Source: Myxococcota bacterium (GTDB lineage Bacteria > Myxococcota_A > UBA9042 > PHBI01 > JAWLBL01). From it: a stretch of DNA of 64,000 bases. This document shows, piece after piece, positions 30,111-40,087 of this stretch. The notes under the pieces are model-generated. The model was not told the DNA's origin. It saw nothing but the letters and a program-made list of their open reading frames with translations, and ran no database searches. Positions within the stretch are counted from its first letter, which is position 1. Each line of letters starts with the position of its first letter. The position numbers were made by a program, and so were the translations under genes. Location of the stretch: NCBI GenBank assembly GCA_041687695.1, contig JAWLBL010000018.1, positions 1 through 64,000 of the forward strand. Reading direction: 5' to 3'.

Positions 30111-31001
30111 GTGAACAGCCCAGCGGATGCACCGTCGCCTCGCGTCGAGGTGGTCGTGGTCAGCGGTCTGTCCGGCTCCGGCAAGACGACGGCCATCCAC
30201 GCGCTCGAGGACGCCGGCCACTTCTGCGTCGACAACCTGCCGGGGCCGCTGCTCGAGACCTTCCTGCGCCTGGTCGACGACAACCCGGCCATCAGCCGCG
30301 TCGCCATCGCGATGGACGTGCGCGAGGCCAGCTTCTACCCCGACGTCGCGCGCCGCCTGGCCGAGATCCAGGCCGCCGGCTATCGCGCGCAGATCCTGTA
30401 CCTGGACTGCAACGATCGCGTCGCCATCAACCGGTTCAAGGAGACGCGGCGACGCCACCCGCTGCTCGGCAGCGGCGACGCCAAGAGCCTCGACGAGGCC
30501 ATCCAGATGGAGCGCGCCTGGCTCGAGCCCATCCGCTCGCTGGCCTCGACCGTCATCGACACCTCCGGGGCCAACATCCACGAGCTGAAGCGGCGGGTGC
30601 AGGCCCTGTACGGGGGCCCCTCGGCGCACCGGATGAACGTGCACCTGATGAGCTTCGGCTTCCGGCACGGGCTGCCGGCCGAGGCCGACTTCGTGTTCGA
30701 CGTGCGCTTCATCCCGAACCCGTACTTCGTCGAGCACCTGCGCCCCGGCAGCGGCCTCGACGGCGAGGTCTCGGCCTACGTGCTGGCGCAGCCGGCCGCC
30801 GGACGCATGCTGGACCACATCCTGAACCTGCTCAGCGACGTGCTGCCGCTCGCCGAGGAAGAGGGCAAGCCCTCGACCACCGTCGCCATCGGCTGCACCG
30901 GCGGGCGGCACCGCTCGGTGGCCATGGTCGAGGCCCTGCGCGGCCGCGTCGCCGCCACCGGCCGCGACCCGCTGGTCACGCACCGCGACATCCAAAAGTA
31001 G
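30111..31001 (+). CDS. rapZ: RNase adapter RapZ (YhbJ/YvcJ)
   Basis: GLSGSGKT, VDNLP, SFGFRHG, FDVRFIPNP, GCTGGRHRSV. Confidence 0.96.
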   Translation: MNSPADAPSPRVEVVVVSGLSGSGKTTAIHALEDAGHFCVDNLPGPLLETFLRLVDDNPAISRVAIAMDVREASFYPDVARRLAEIQAAGYRAQILYLDCNDRVAINRFKETRRRHPLLGSGDAKSLDEAIQMERAWLEPIRSLASTVIDTSGANIHELKRRVQALYGGPSAHRMNVHLMSFGFRHGLPAEADFVFDVRFIPNPYFVEHLRPGSGLDGEVSAYVLAQPAAGRMLDHILNLLSDVLPLAEEEGKPSTTVAIGCTGGRHRSVAMVEALRGRVAATGRDPLVTHRDIQK

Positions 31002-31050
31002 GCCGGCAGAAGTAGGCCGGCAGAAGTAGGCCGGCGGAGGCAGGCCGGAG
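30996..31050 (+). repeat. 14-bp tandem repeat AAGTAGGCCGGCAG, three copies plus a degenerate one
   Basis: Units at 30996, 31010 and 31024; the first contains the rapZ stop codon. Confidence 0.85.
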
Positions 31051-31205
31051 CGGGCGCGCGCGGGCCGAGGCAGCCGCGCGTTCGGACGAGGCCGTGGCGC
31101 CTGGTCCAGCCGGCCCGGATGACCCACCGGCTTGCCGCTGCGGCGGCGGTGGGTCAACATGCCGCCAACCTCGCCGCTGCGCTCTCCCCCGTCCCACGGG
31201 CCCCG

Positions 31206-31475
31206 ATGGACACTCTCCAGAAAACCCTTACAATCCAGAACGAAAAAGGCTTGCACGTGCGGGCCGCGACCGTGCTCGCGCAGACGGCGAGTCGGTTCGC
31301 GTCCAGCGTCACCCTCGAGCACGGCGGCGAGAAGGCCAACGGCAAGAGCGTGATGAACCTGCTGCTGCTGACGGCGGCCAAGGGGACCCAGGTGCACGTG
31401 ACGGTCTCGGGCGACGACGCGCAGGCGGCCATGGAGGCCGTCACGCAGGTCATCGAGAGCGGGTTCGGCGAGTAG
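31206..31475 (+). CDS. ptsH: HPr/NPr phosphocarrier
   Basis: GLHVRAA (phospho-His) and NGKSVM (regulatory Ser). Confidence 0.93.
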   Translation: MDTLQKTLTIQNEKGLHVRAATVLAQTASRFASSVTLEHGGEKANGKSVMNLLLLTAAKGTQVHVTVSGDDAQAAMEAVTQVIESGFGE

Positions 31476-31476
31476 C

Positions 31477-33276
31477 GTGGGACGGCACACGGAGAACCTG
31501 GGGACGGTGCTGCGGGGCGCGCGCGCTTCGCCGGGCATCGTTTTGGGCAAGGCCGTCCGGGTCGACCGGGAGACGGTCAAGGTCGAGCACGTCCGGCTGC
31601 CGGAGTCGCTGGTCAAGGCCGAGGTGAGCCGGCTGCACGACGCCGTGCAAGCGGCGGAGGCCGAGATCGACGAGCTGTACGGGTCGCTCACCCGCAGCGG
31701 CATGGGCCACGGCGAGCACCGGGGCCTGCTGGACGCGCACAAGATGATGCTGCGCGACCCGATGCTGCTCGACGACACGGCGCACCGGATCCGCGAGGAG
31801 CGCCTGAACGCCGAGTGGGCGCTGCAGCTGACCCTGCATCACCTGGGCGACATCTTCGCCAAGGTCGAGGACCCGTTCTTCCGCGAGCGCGGCAGCGACA
31901 TCGCCCACGTCGGCGAGCTGCTGCTGCGCATGCTGGCGGGCGGGCGCGACGGCCAGGACACGCACGTCGCGGCGGGCAGCATCGTGGTCAGCCGGAACAT
32001 CTCGCCGGCCGACGCGCTGGCCCTGGGGCGGCTGCCGGTGGCGGCGTTCGTGCTGGACAGCGGCACGCCGACCAGCCACACGGCCATCATCGCGCGATCG
32101 CTCGGCATCCCGGCGGTGGTCGGCCTGCAGAACGCGTCGGACCACATCGCCGAGGGCGACCAGATCATCGTCGACGGCGACGAGGGCGAGATCATCGTCC
32201 ACCCGAGCGAGGACGAGGAGCTGCTGTACGAGCGGCGCGCGCGCCGGGCGCGGGTCTTCATGAAGACCCTGCGTCAGAACCGCGGGCAGCCGGCCGAGAC
32301 GCCGGACGGGTCGCGCATGACCCTGCGGGGCAACCTGGACTTCATCGGCGAGGCCGACCGCATCCTCGAGTTCGGCGGCGAAGGGGTCGGCCTGTTCCGG
32401 ACCGAGTTCCTCTTCCTCGACCGGCCGCAGCTGCCCAGCGAGGAGGAGCAGTTCCAGGTCTACGTCTCGGTGCTGCAGCGGATGAACCCGAACGTGGTCA
32501 CCATCCGCACGCTGGACGTGGGGGGCGACAAGGTCCTGCCGGTCGAGCGCCTGAACGTCACCGCCTCGCCCGGCCTGCGCGCCATCCGCTACTGCCTGCA
32601 CGACCAGACGCTGTTTCGCGCGCATCTGCGCGCGCTGCTGCGCGCCTCGGCCTACGGCAAGATGCGCCTGCTCATCCCGTTCATCTCGTGCATGTCCGAG
32701 GTGGTCGCGGTCAAGCGCATCCTGGCGTCCGTCCGCGCCGAGCTGCTCGACGAGGGCCACCCGGTCGCCGAGCACGTCCCCCTCGGCTTCATGATCGAGG
32801 TCCCCTCCGCGGCCCTCATCAGCGATCTCCTCGCCCGCGAGGCCGACTTCTTCTCGGTCGGCACCAACGACCTCATCCAGTACACGCTCGCGATCTCCCG
32901 CGACGACCCGGCGCTCGACTACCTCTACCACCCGCTCGACCCGTCGATCCTGCGCGTCCTGCGCATGATCACCCGCTCGGCCCACGCCGCCGGCATCCCG
33001 GTCGCCCTGTGCGGCGAGATGGCGGGCGAGCCTCGCTACGCGCTGGTCCTGCTGGCTCTGGGCTTCACCGAGCTCAGCATGAACGCCCGCTCGATCCCGC
33101 TGGTCAAGGAGATCGTCCGCCGCACCCCGATGGCCGAGGCCATCAAGCTGCTGCAGCGCCTGATGCGCGAGAGCTCGGTCGCCGAGATCACCGACGTCGT
33201 CGATTCGTTCATGGTCGAGCGCTTCCCCGAGATCATCACGCCGCGCATCCGCGGGGCCCCGCGCCACATGCGATGA
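31477..33276 (+). CDS. ptsI: PEP-protein phosphotransferase, enzyme I (no GAF domain)
   Basis: TSHTAIIARS, GVGLFRTEFLF, SVGTNDLIQY, CGEMAG. Confidence 0.93.
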   Translation: MGRHTENLGTVLRGARASPGIVLGKAVRVDRETVKVEHVRLPESLVKAEVSRLHDAVQAAEAEIDELYGSLTRSGMGHGEHRGLLDAHKMMLRDPMLLDDTAHRIREERLNAEWALQLTLHHLGDIFAKVEDPFFRERGSDIAHVGELLLRMLAGGRDGQDTHVAAGSIVVSRNISPADALALGRLPVAAFVLDSGTPTSHTAIIARSLGIPAVVGLQNASDHIAEGDQIIVDGDEGEIIVHPSEDEELLYERRARRARVFMKTLRQNRGQPAETPDGSRMTLRGNLDFIGEADRILEFGGEGVGLFRTEFLFLDRPQLPSEEEQFQVYVSVLQRMNPNVVTIRTLDVGGDKVLPVERLNVTASPGLRAIRYCLHDQTLFRAHLRALLRASAYGKMRLLIPFISCMSEVVAVKRILASVRAELLDEGHPVAEHVPLGFMIEVPSAALISDLLAREADFFSVGTNDLIQYTLAISRDDPALDYLYHPLDPSILRVLRMITRSAHAAGIPVALCGEMAGEPRYALVLLALGFTELSMNARSIPLVKEIVRRTPMAEAIKLLQRLMRESSVAEITDVVDSFMVERFPEIITPRIRGAPRHMR

Positions 33277-34787
33277 GCGCCGCCCCCGTGGCCCCGCCCG
33301 ACCCCCGGCCGCCGACGCCCACCGCGAACCGCATCGCCTTCTGGTTCGGCCCCCTGGCCGCGCTGGCCTGCGTCGTCGCTTCGCGCGTCGGCCTGCTCCC
33401 GGACGGGATGACCCCCGAGGCGATGGTGGTCACGGGCATCGCCGCCTGGATGGCCGCCTGGTGGATCTTCGAGGCCGTCCCCATCGCCGCGACCTCGCTG
33501 TTGCCGATGGTGGCCTTCCCGCTGCTGGGCGTCGCCCCGATGAAGGCCGTGGTGCAGCCCTACATGCACCCGTTCATCGTGCTGATGATGGCCGGCTTCA
33601 TGGCCGCGCTGGCCATCGAGCGCTGGAACCTGCACCGCCGCGTCGCCATGCACGTCCTGGCGCGCGTCGGCACCTCGCCGCCGCGCCTCGTGCTCGGGAT
33701 GATGCTGGCCATCGCCGTCATCTCGATGTGGATCTCCAACACCGCGGCCACGCTGATGCTGCTGCCCGTGGGCACGGCCCTGGTGCGCCGCGCCGAGCAG
33801 GACGCCGGCGAGACCGACCCCCGTTCGGTCCACCGCTTCGGGACCATCCTCTTTCTGGGCCTGGCCTACGCCTCCAGCCTGGGTGGCCTCGCGACGCCCA
33901 TCGGCACGCCGCCCAACCTCATCTTCATGGCGACCTACGGCCAGCAGTTCCCCGATCGCCCCGCGCTCACCTTCGTCGACTGGGTCCTGTTCGCCCTGCC
34001 CCTGGTGGTCCTCCTGCTGCCGCTGGTCTGGCTGTACCTGACCCGCGTCGTCGCCCCGCTGCCGCCCACCCTGCGCTTCGGCTCGCAGGACGTCCTGCAG
34101 CGCGAGCTGCGCGCCCTGGGCCCCATGGACCGCGACGAGCGCGCCGTCGCCCTCGTGTTCGGGGCCATGGCCCTGCTCTGGGTCACCCGCCAGGTGCGCG
34201 TGGGCGACACCCTCCTCGGCTGGGCGCCTGCGCTGGGGCTCGACGGGCTGGTCGACGACGCCACGGTCGCGGTCCTCGGCGCCGTCACGCTCTTCGTCTG
34301 GCCGTCGCGCACGCAGCCCGGCGAGCGGCTGCTCGACTGGCCGACCGCCCGCCGCATCCCCTGGGACGTGGTGCTTCTGTTCGGAGGCGGCGTCGCCCTG
34401 GCCGGCGCGTTCGAGTCCTCGGGCCTCAGCGCCTTCGTCGCCCAGCTGCTCGCCGGCCTCGCCGACCTGCCTGGCCTGCTGCTCGTCCTGGCGGTCTGCC
34501 TGGTCGTGACCTTCTTGACCGAGGTCACCTCGAACACGGCCACGGCGACCATCCTGCTGCCGGTCCTGGCCGCCTTCGCCCGGGCCGCCGAGCTCGACCC
34601 GCTGGCCGTCCTGGTCCCGGCGACCCTGTCGGCCTCTTGCGCCTTCATGTTGCCGGTCGCCACGCCGCCCAACGCCGTCGTCTACGGCACCGGCCGCGTC
34701 ACGATGCGCGAGATGGCGCGCGCCGGCGTGGCCCTGAACCTCTCGGTCGCCGTCGCGATCTCGGTCTACGCCTTCCTGGTCCTGTGA
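33273..34787 (+). CDS. SLC13/DASS anion:sodium symporter
   Basis: SMWISNTA, GTPPN, TEVTSNTAT, PVATPPNA. Confidence 0.93.
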   Translation: MSAAPVAPPDPRPPTPTANRIAFWFGPLAALACVVASRVGLLPDGMTPEAMVVTGIAAWMAAWWIFEAVPIAATSLLPMVAFPLLGVAPMKAVVQPYMHPFIVLMMAGFMAALAIERWNLHRRVAMHVLARVGTSPPRLVLGMMLAIAVISMWISNTAATLMLLPVGTALVRRAEQDAGETDPRSVHRFGTILFLGLAYASSLGGLATPIGTPPNLIFMATYGQQFPDRPALTFVDWVLFALPLVVLLLPLVWLYLTRVVAPLPPTLRFGSQDVLQRELRALGPMDRDERAVALVFGAMALLWVTRQVRVGDTLLGWAPALGLDGLVDDATVAVLGAVTLFVWPSRTQPGERLLDWPTARRIPWDVVLLFGGGVALAGAFESSGLSAFVAQLLAGLADLPGLLLVLAVCLVVTFLTEVTSNTATATILLPVLAAFARAAELDPLAVLVPATLSASCAFMLPVATPPNAVVYGTGRVTMREMARAGVALNLSVAVAISVYAFLVL

Positions 34788-35507
34788 CTACAGGGCTAGG
34801 CGCGCCATCACCGGCAGGTGCGTGCTGCCGACCGACGGGATCGCGGTGGCCGGGCCGACGACCTGCACCTCGTGCGAGACGAAGACGTGGTCGATGGCCC
34901 GCTCGGGCGCGCGCGCGGGGAAGGTCGGCTCGGGGTCGTCGCCGCCGGCGTTCTTCAGCGAGACCTCGAGCTGCCGCAGCACGGGGTCGTCCCAGGTCGT
35001 GCCGAAGTCACCCAGCACCAGGATGGGGCTGGCCTGGGTCTGCGCGTGCCGCAGGATGGCGGGGATCTGCGCCGCCCGGTCGACCTCGTTGACGCTCAGC
35101 TGCGTGACCAGCACGCTGACCGGCCCCTTGGGCGTCACCACCGTGCCCGACAGGATGCAGCGCTGCTCGTCTTTGCGTTTGGGCAGCCGGTGGCGCGTCC
35201 ACGGCCCCAGCGGAAAGCGCGACAGCAGCGCCACGCCCAGCCCGGGCCGGTCCTCGGCCGTCGGCGCGGGGATGCGCTCGGGCGGCGTCACCCCCGGCCG
35301 CACCGTCAGCGCCGACGCGAACCGGAAGTGGTTGAGCCCGCTCGCGCGCGCCAGCTTGGCCGCCTGGTGCCCGCCCTCGCCCTCGAGCCAGTCACACCCC
35401 ACCTCCTGGACGGCGACCACGTCGGCCTCGCCCATGAGGCCGGCGACGGTGGCCAGGTCGCTCTCGAGGCCCAGGTGGATGTTGTAGGTCATGACCGTGA
35501 ATTCCAT
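34788..35507 (-). CDS. Endonuclease/exonuclease/phosphatase (EEP) family protein with degenerate motifs
   Basis: MTYNIH, VAVQEV, LGDF, IDHVF. Confidence 0.85.
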   Translation of the reverse strand: MEFTVMTYNIHLGLESDLATVAGLMGEADVVAVQEVGCDWLEGEGGHQAAKLARASGLNHFRFASALTVRPGVTPPERIPAPTAEDRPGLGVALLSRFPLGPWTRHRLPKRKDEQRCILSGTVVTPKGPVSVLVTQLSVNEVDRAAQIPAILRHAQTQASPILVLGDFGTTWDDPVLRQLEVSLKNAGGDDPEPTFPARAPERAIDHVFVSHEVQVVGPATAIPSVGSTHLPVMARLAL

Positions 35508-35639
35508 GGCCCTACGAATACCCCGGTTCGCGGCCCCGCGACAACCAGAGCAGAGCATACCGGCGCTCCCCCGTGACCGTCGTCGTCGCGGCCGGTGTGC
35601 ACCGCGTCCGTGGGCGCCTCGCCGGGACCCGCGCCGGCC

Positions 35640-37292
35640 TCAGGCCGCCTCGGAGACGCCACGGCCGGCCGCGCCCGCCCGCCCGGCGCCCGGCAGCTCG
35701 AGCACGAAGCGGGTGCCCCGCGCCCCGTCCGGCCGGGGGCTCTCGACCGCCACCTGTCCGCCGTGCTCGGTGACGATCTGCTGGGTCAGCGCCAGACCCA
35801 GGCCGGTGCCGCCGCTCTTGGCGGTCACGAACGGCTCGAACAGGCGGTCGCGCACCGACGGGTCCACCCCCGGGCCGGTGTCGTCGATGGTCACCCTGAC
35901 CCCACCCTGTCCCTCCGCGTCGCTCACGGTGAAGACCAGCCGGCGCTCGTCCGGCTGCTCGGCCATCGCCTCGACGGCGTTGCGGGCGATGTTCAGCAAG
36001 GCCTGCCGCACCTGGTCGGCGTCGGCGGGCACCGGCTCCCACCCCTGGCCCCGCTGGTCGACCAGCTCCCAGGCCACCCCCGCCGCGGCCAGCTCGCGGG
36101 TCAGGAAGGTCAGCAGCTGGCGCAGCACGTCGGCCACGTCGACCGGCGCCAGCTCGGGCCGCGGCAGGCGCGCGTAGCGCAGGTACTCCTCGGTGATGGC
36201 CTTGAGGCGCTGCACCTCGCCCTGGATGGCCTCGAGCAGGCTGCGCGCCTCGTCCGGGTCGCCGCCGTCCAGCTCCTCTTCGAGCATCTCGGCGTTCAAG
36301 CTGATGGAGCTGAGGGGGTTGCGCACCTCGTGGGTGATCTGCGCGGCCAGCTTGCCGATGGTGGCCAGGCGGTCGGCGCGCAGCAGCTCCTCGCGCTGGC
36401 GGGCCAGCTCGGCGTCGCGGGCGCGCAGCGCCTCGGCCATGGTGTTGAACTCGGCCGCGAGCTGCCCGATCTCGTCGTGCGAGGTCACCCGCACGTTCTC
36501 GTCGTAGTGGCCGGCGGCGATGCGGCGGGCGCCCTCGCGCAGGCGTCGGATGGGGCGCACCGTCAGCTGGCTGACGGCCAGCATCAGCAGCGACAGCAGC
36601 AGGGCCGCGCTGGCGATGAGGATGACGGCCAGGGTGGCGCCCTTCTCGTCGCTCTCGGCGCGCTCGTTCATCGCGCGGATGGGCAGCGCGAGGTCGCGCG
36701 AGGCCTCCATGATGGTCCGGTTGATGCGGCGCAGCGCGCGGATCATGCCGCGGGCCTCGGCCGACCCGGCGGTCAGGCGGCCCTCGTTGGCCCGCTTGAC
36801 CGTGCGCCGCGTCAGCTGTTCGAAGAGGGCGCGGCTGGTCAGCTCGGCGCCGTCGGCGCCGGTCGCCAGCTCGGGCAGGTCCTCGGAGGCGACCGCCTCG
36901 ACCAGCGCCCGCCCGGTCTCGAAGGCCTCGAGCTTGTCGACGATGCCCTCGAAGGCGCGGCGGTCGGAGGCGGCGACCTCGTCCGAGGCGGCCAGCACCT
37001 CGAGGCGCGCCCGGATGAGCGCCAGCTCCTCGAAGGGGTCCAGCGAGGGCAGCAGGCGCTGGAGCCACTGCGCGTCGGTCGAGCGCTTGAGCGTCAGGAA
37101 CTCCTCGGGGGCGCGCACGCGGCGCGTCAGCTCCTTGAGCTGCCCCGAGACGGGGATGACCTCTTGCCAGATGAGCGTGACCGACTCGCGCAGCGCGTTC
37201 ATCCGGTAGATGGTGAACGCGCACGCGGCCCCGAACGCGACGATGACGACCGCGAAGCCGAGGAAGATCTTTGTCGATACGCTGAGTTTCAA
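35640..37292 (-). CDS. HAMP sensor histidine kinase (NtrB-like)
   Basis: Two TM helices, HAMP (DEIGQLAAEFN), HEVRNPL, DTGPG, FEPFVTAK, GTGLGL; TTG start inferred. Confidence 0.93.
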   Translation of the reverse strand: MKLSVSTKIFLGFAVVIVAFGAACAFTIYRMNALRESVTLIWQEVIPVSGQLKELTRRVRAPEEFLTLKRSTDAQWLQRLLPSLDPFEELALIRARLEVLAASDEVAASDRRAFEGIVDKLEAFETGRALVEAVASEDLPELATGADGAELTSRALFEQLTRRTVKRANEGRLTAGSAEARGMIRALRRINRTIMEASRDLALPIRAMNERAESDEKGATLAVILIASAALLLSLLMLAVSQLTVRPIRRLREGARRIAAGHYDENVRVTSHDEIGQLAAEFNTMAEALRARDAELARQREELLRADRLATIGKLAAQITHEVRNPLSSISLNAEMLEEELDGGDPDEARSLLEAIQGEVQRLKAITEEYLRYARLPRPELAPVDVADVLRQLLTFLTRELAAAGVAWELVDQRGQGWEPVPADADQVRQALLNIARNAVEAMAEQPDERRLVFTVSDAEGQGGVRVTIDDTGPGVDPSVRDRLFEPFVTAKSGGTGLGLALTQQIVTEHGGQVAVESPRPDGARGTRFVLELPGAGRAGAAGRGVSEAA

Positions 37293-37308
37293 GCGGCCTT
37301 GAGCGAGA

Positions 37309-38832
37309 TCACCCTTCGGTCGGCTTCCAGCGGATGATCGGGTTTCGGATGGCGCGGGTCTCGTCGAGGCGGCCGACCAGCGGCAGGTGCGGCGCCGTCT
37401 TGAGCTGCTCGGCATCCTCGCGGGCCGTCCGGTCGATGTCGAGCATCGCGCCGACGAAGCGGTCGAGCGTGGCCAGGCTCTCCGTCTCGGTCGGCTCGAT
37501 CATGATGGCGTTGGGCACGCAGATGGGGAAGTAGACCGTGGGCGGGTGGAAGCCGCGGTCGATGAGCCCCTTGGCGATGTCGCGGGTCTCGACGCCGGTC
37601 GCCTTGCGCTGGTTGCGGTCGGTCAGCACCACCTCGTGCATGCAGGTGCGATCGTGCACGACGTGGTAGGCCTCGGACAGGCGCACGCGCAGGTAGTTGG
37701 CGTTCAGGACCGCCATGTCCGTCGCCTCGGCCAGCCCCTCGCGGCCCAGCTCGCGGATGTAGGTGTAGGCGCGGACGTGCATGCCGAAGTTGCCGAAGAA
37801 CGCCTTGACGCGGCCGATGGTCTTCGGCCGGTCCAGGTTCAGGGTGAACCGGTCGCCGTCGCGCTCGACCCGCGGGACGGGCAGGTACGGCTCGAGCGCC
37901 GGCACGACGCCGACCGGGCCCGAGCCGGGGCCGCCGCCGCCGTGCGGGGTCGAGAAGGTCTTGTGGAGGTTGAAGTGCATCGCGTCGACGCCCATGTCGC
38001 CCGGGCGCGCGCGGCCGAGGAGCGAGTTGAGGTTCGCGCCGTCGCAGTACACGTAGCCGCCCTTGTCGTGGACGATGCGGGCGATCTCGGCGATGTGCGT
38101 CTCGAACAGGCCCAGCGTGTTCGGGTTCGTCACCATGATGGCGGCGACGTCCTCGTCCATGGCCGCGGCGACCGCCTCGGGCAGCACGATGCCGGTCTCG
38201 GACGACTTGATGGGCACCGTGTCGTAGCCGTTGAGCGTGCAGCTGGCCGGGTTGGTGCCGTGGGCCGTGTCGGGGATGAGGACCTTCTTGCGCGGACGCC
38301 CCTCGGTGGCCAGCAGGTGCGCGCGGATCATGTTGAGCGCGGTGAACTCGCCGTGCGCGCCGGCCGCCGGCTGGAGCGTGATGGCGGACAGGCCGGAGAT
38401 CTCGGCGAGGTAGCGCTCGAGCTCCCAGTACAGCCGCAGGGCGCCCTGCGTCCACGACTCGGGGGCCAGCGGGTGCAGGTCGGAGAACCCCGACAGGCGC
38501 GCGACGTCCTCGTTGATCTTGGGGTTGTACTTCATCGTGCACGAGCCGAGCGGGAAGAAGCCCGTGTCGATGGCGTAGTTCTGCTGGCTCAGGCGCACGA
38601 AGTGGCGGACGACCTCGGGCTCGGAGACCTCGGGCCAGGCGGGCCGCTGCTTGCGGCGCAAGCCCTGGGGGATGGCCACCTGGGCGTCCGGATCGCCCGT
38701 CACCTGCTCGACCGTGCCCGGCAGGCTGCAGCCGACGCGGCCGGGGGCCGAGGTCTCGAAGATGAGCGGCTCGCGGAAGGTCAGGCCGCTGGTGGCGAGG
38801 GGCTTGAAGTCCGACATGGGAGGCTCCTGCAC
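37309..38832 (-). CDS. gcvPB: Glycine dehydrogenase (decarboxylating) subunit 2
   Basis: PLGSCTMKYNP, QPAAGAHGE, NLHKTFSTPHGGGGPG, IEPTETES. Confidence 0.96.
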   Translation of the reverse strand: MQEPPMSDFKPLATSGLTFREPLIFETSAPGRVGCSLPGTVEQVTGDPDAQVAIPQGLRRKQRPAWPEVSEPEVVRHFVRLSQQNYAIDTGFFPLGSCTMKYNPKINEDVARLSGFSDLHPLAPESWTQGALRLYWELERYLAEISGLSAITLQPAAGAHGEFTALNMIRAHLLATEGRPRKKVLIPDTAHGTNPASCTLNGYDTVPIKSSETGIVLPEAVAAAMDEDVAAIMVTNPNTLGLFETHIAEIARIVHDKGGYVYCDGANLNSLLGRARPGDMGVDAMHFNLHKTFSTPHGGGGPGSGPVGVVPALEPYLPVPRVERDGDRFTLNLDRPKTIGRVKAFFGNFGMHVRAYTYIRELGREGLAEATDMAVLNANYLRVRLSEAYHVVHDRTCMHEVVLTDRNQRKATGVETRDIAKGLIDRGFHPPTVYFPICVPNAIMIEPTETESLATLDRFVGAMLDIDRTAREDAEQLKTAPHLPLVGRLDETRAIRNPIIRWKPTEG

Positions 38833-38856
38833 GGCGAAGGCGGCGGTCTCATAACA

Positions 38857-38888
38857 CGAACGCCCGCGCGGGACAGCGCGGGCGTTCG
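38857..38888 (-). terminator. Hairpin terminator after the PPIase gene
   Basis: 13-bp stem CGAACGCCCGCGC/GCGCGGGCGTTCG followed by TGTTAT on the minus strand. Confidence 0.65.
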
Positions 38889-38920
38889 GGGGAGATCACA
38901 TTGTCTCGGTCGCTGAGGGC

Positions 38921-40078
38921 TCAGTGCCCGTGCGAGTCGCCGCCCGGACGGCCCGGGCGCTCGCCGTGCGCGCTCGGCGGCGGCGGGTCCGCGATCATCT
39001 TCTCGATCTTGGCCTCGCGCTCGAGGTCCTGCAGGAGCTTTCGGCGCTCCTGGAAGAACTTCTTGTTCTTCAGGCTCTGCACGATCTGGTCCTTGACCTC
39101 GTCGAGGGGCTTCTTCCGCTCCTCGCGCTTGTCGGTGACCTTGATGATGTGGAAGCCGAAGCGGGTGCGGATGGGGCCCGAAACGTCGCCCGGCTTCATG
39201 TTGAAGGCCGCCTCCTCGAACTCCTTGACCATCTGGCCCTTGCCGAAGAAGCCCAGATCCCCGCCCTTGGGCGCCGAGGGACCCTCGGACGAGGCCTTGG
39301 CCAGCTCCTCGAAGTCCTTGCCGCCCTTGAGCTCCTTCTGCAGCTCCTTGATCTTGCCGAGCGCGGCCTCCTCCTGCTCCTTGGTCGGGTTCTCGGGGAG
39401 CTTGACCAGGATGTGGCTGGCCCGGACGCCGGCCTTCTCGACGTAGAACCGCTCGTTCTTGTCGTAGAAGTCCTTGGCCTCGGCCTCGTCGACGCCCAGG
39501 TTGCCCTTGGCCTCGATGAGCTTCTCGAGGGCGCGCTTTTCGTGCAGGCGCTCCTTGATCGACTCGACCGACACCCGGCCGTGGCGCAGGTAGTTCTGGA
39601 ACTGCTCGTCGGTCTGGAAGCGCTTCTTGTACTCCTCGAAGGCCGCGTCGATCTCGCCGTCCTCCACCTTGATGGACGCCTTCTCGACGGCCTGGCGGAT
39701 GAGCTCCTTCTCGATGAGGCGCTTCAAGATGTTCGACTCGATGCGCGCGAGCCGCTCGGCCGGGATCTTGGCGTTGCGCGCCGTGATCTTGTCCAGCTCG
39801 GCGTAGAACACCGCCGCGTCGATCGGCACCTCGTTCACCTTGGCCACCGGACCGGTCAGGCGCTCCTTGGCCTCGGGCGCGGCGGTCGGCGCGGTGGTCG
39901 CCGTCGGGGGCTCGGTGTGCTCGTCCGGCTTCGCCTTCGCGGTGCCCGGATCCGCCGCGGCGGCGGCCTTGGGATCGGCCTCGGCCGGCTTGGCGGCCGG
40001 CTCGGCCTTCTTTCCGCAACCGGCTACGCCGACGAGCATCGCCACCGTGCAGCCGATGGTGATGAGGGTGCGGTTCAT
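38921..40078 (-). CDS. Lipoprotein parvulin (PpiC-type) peptidyl-prolyl isomerase, SurA/PrsA-like
   Basis: Lipobox VAGC; RASHIL, GGDLGFF, FEEAAF, FGFHIIK. Confidence 0.93.
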   Translation of the reverse strand: MNRTLITIGCTVAMLVGVAGCGKKAEPAAKPAEADPKAAAAADPGTAKAKPDEHTEPPTATTAPTAAPEAKERLTGPVAKVNEVPIDAAVFYAELDKITARNAKIPAERLARIESNILKRLIEKELIRQAVEKASIKVEDGEIDAAFEEYKKRFQTDEQFQNYLRHGRVSVESIKERLHEKRALEKLIEAKGNLGVDEAEAKDFYDKNERFYVEKAGVRASHILVKLPENPTKEQEEAALGKIKELQKELKGGKDFEELAKASSEGPSAPKGGDLGFFGKGQMVKEFEEAAFNMKPGDVSGPIRTRFGFHIIKVTDKREERKKPLDEVKDQIVQSLKNKKFFQERRKLLQDLEREAKIEKMIADPPPPSAHGERPGRPGGDSHGH

Positions 40079-40087
40079 GCTTGCTCC

